From sequence record MN850630.1: 64,000 nucleotides of DNA. The stretch is one strand, 5' to 3'. Position 1 is the first letter of the stretch. Every line of letters starts with the position of its first letter. This document shows positions 63,846 to 64,000 of this stretch, one piece after another. The notes beneath the pieces were generated by a model, which saw only the letters and a list, made by a program, of their open reading frames with translations, ran no database searches and was not told the DNA's origin. The stretch is from Escherichia phage naam. The position numbers and the translations under genes are program-made.

Positions 63846-63892
63846 ATAAATCAAAGGGGCAAGCCCCATCAACGGCAAAGAGGATAAAAATC

Positions 63893-64000
63893 ATGGCTAT
63901 TATTGCAAAGACTGAGATCGTAGGCTTAGATTCTATTCTCCTCGCATATGAGGAAGCTATAGAAATGTATGTGGTTTCCTATGGTGAGTATATCCGTGAA
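63893..64000 (+). CDS. Early protein, 3' partial (runs off the window)
   Basis: ATG with RBS agaggataaaaatc; no stop before the window end. Confidence 0.45.
   Translation, partial: MAIIAKTEIVGLDSILLAYEEAIEMYVVSYGEYIRE

Overview
The window is one continuous stretch of a tailed dsDNA phage genome; no rRNA, tRNA, CRISPR array or integrase was found. All calls rest on motifs read by eye from the six-frame track, with no database search. Layout: (1) 1-23175 (+) tail-tip and fibre module: a 5'-truncated tail fibre with a C-terminal intramolecular-chaperone domain, a lambda J-like tip protein, a side-fibre plus Tfa cassette with a second fibre paralog, and a 1878-aa protein. (2) 23224-29992 (-) an opposite-strand accessory cassette between a bidirectional terminator and a divergent promoter hub. 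(3) 30069-55853 (+) DNA metabolism: AAA+ ATPase, SleB-like hydrolase, GHKL ATPase, SF1 helicase, two methyltransferases, TOPRIM/DnaB-like helicase, family A DNA polymerase, SSB-like protein, macro-domain protein, and many small genes. (4) 55854-56866 a repeat-dense non-coding region. (5) 56867-64000 an early-type array of small genes, each behind a near-consensus sigma70 promoter and a short GC-rich 5'-UTR hairpin. The E. coli-type promoters and an SSB-like tail ending DDDIPF suggest an enterobacterial-type Gram-negative host. Leading candidates for something undescribed are the repeat region, the opposite-strand cassette with the split AAA+/vWA pair, and the regulated early array with a palindromic promoter element and a DNA-mimic candidate. 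Many ORF-track starts were moved to internal ATG/TTG codons with better ribosome-binding sites.
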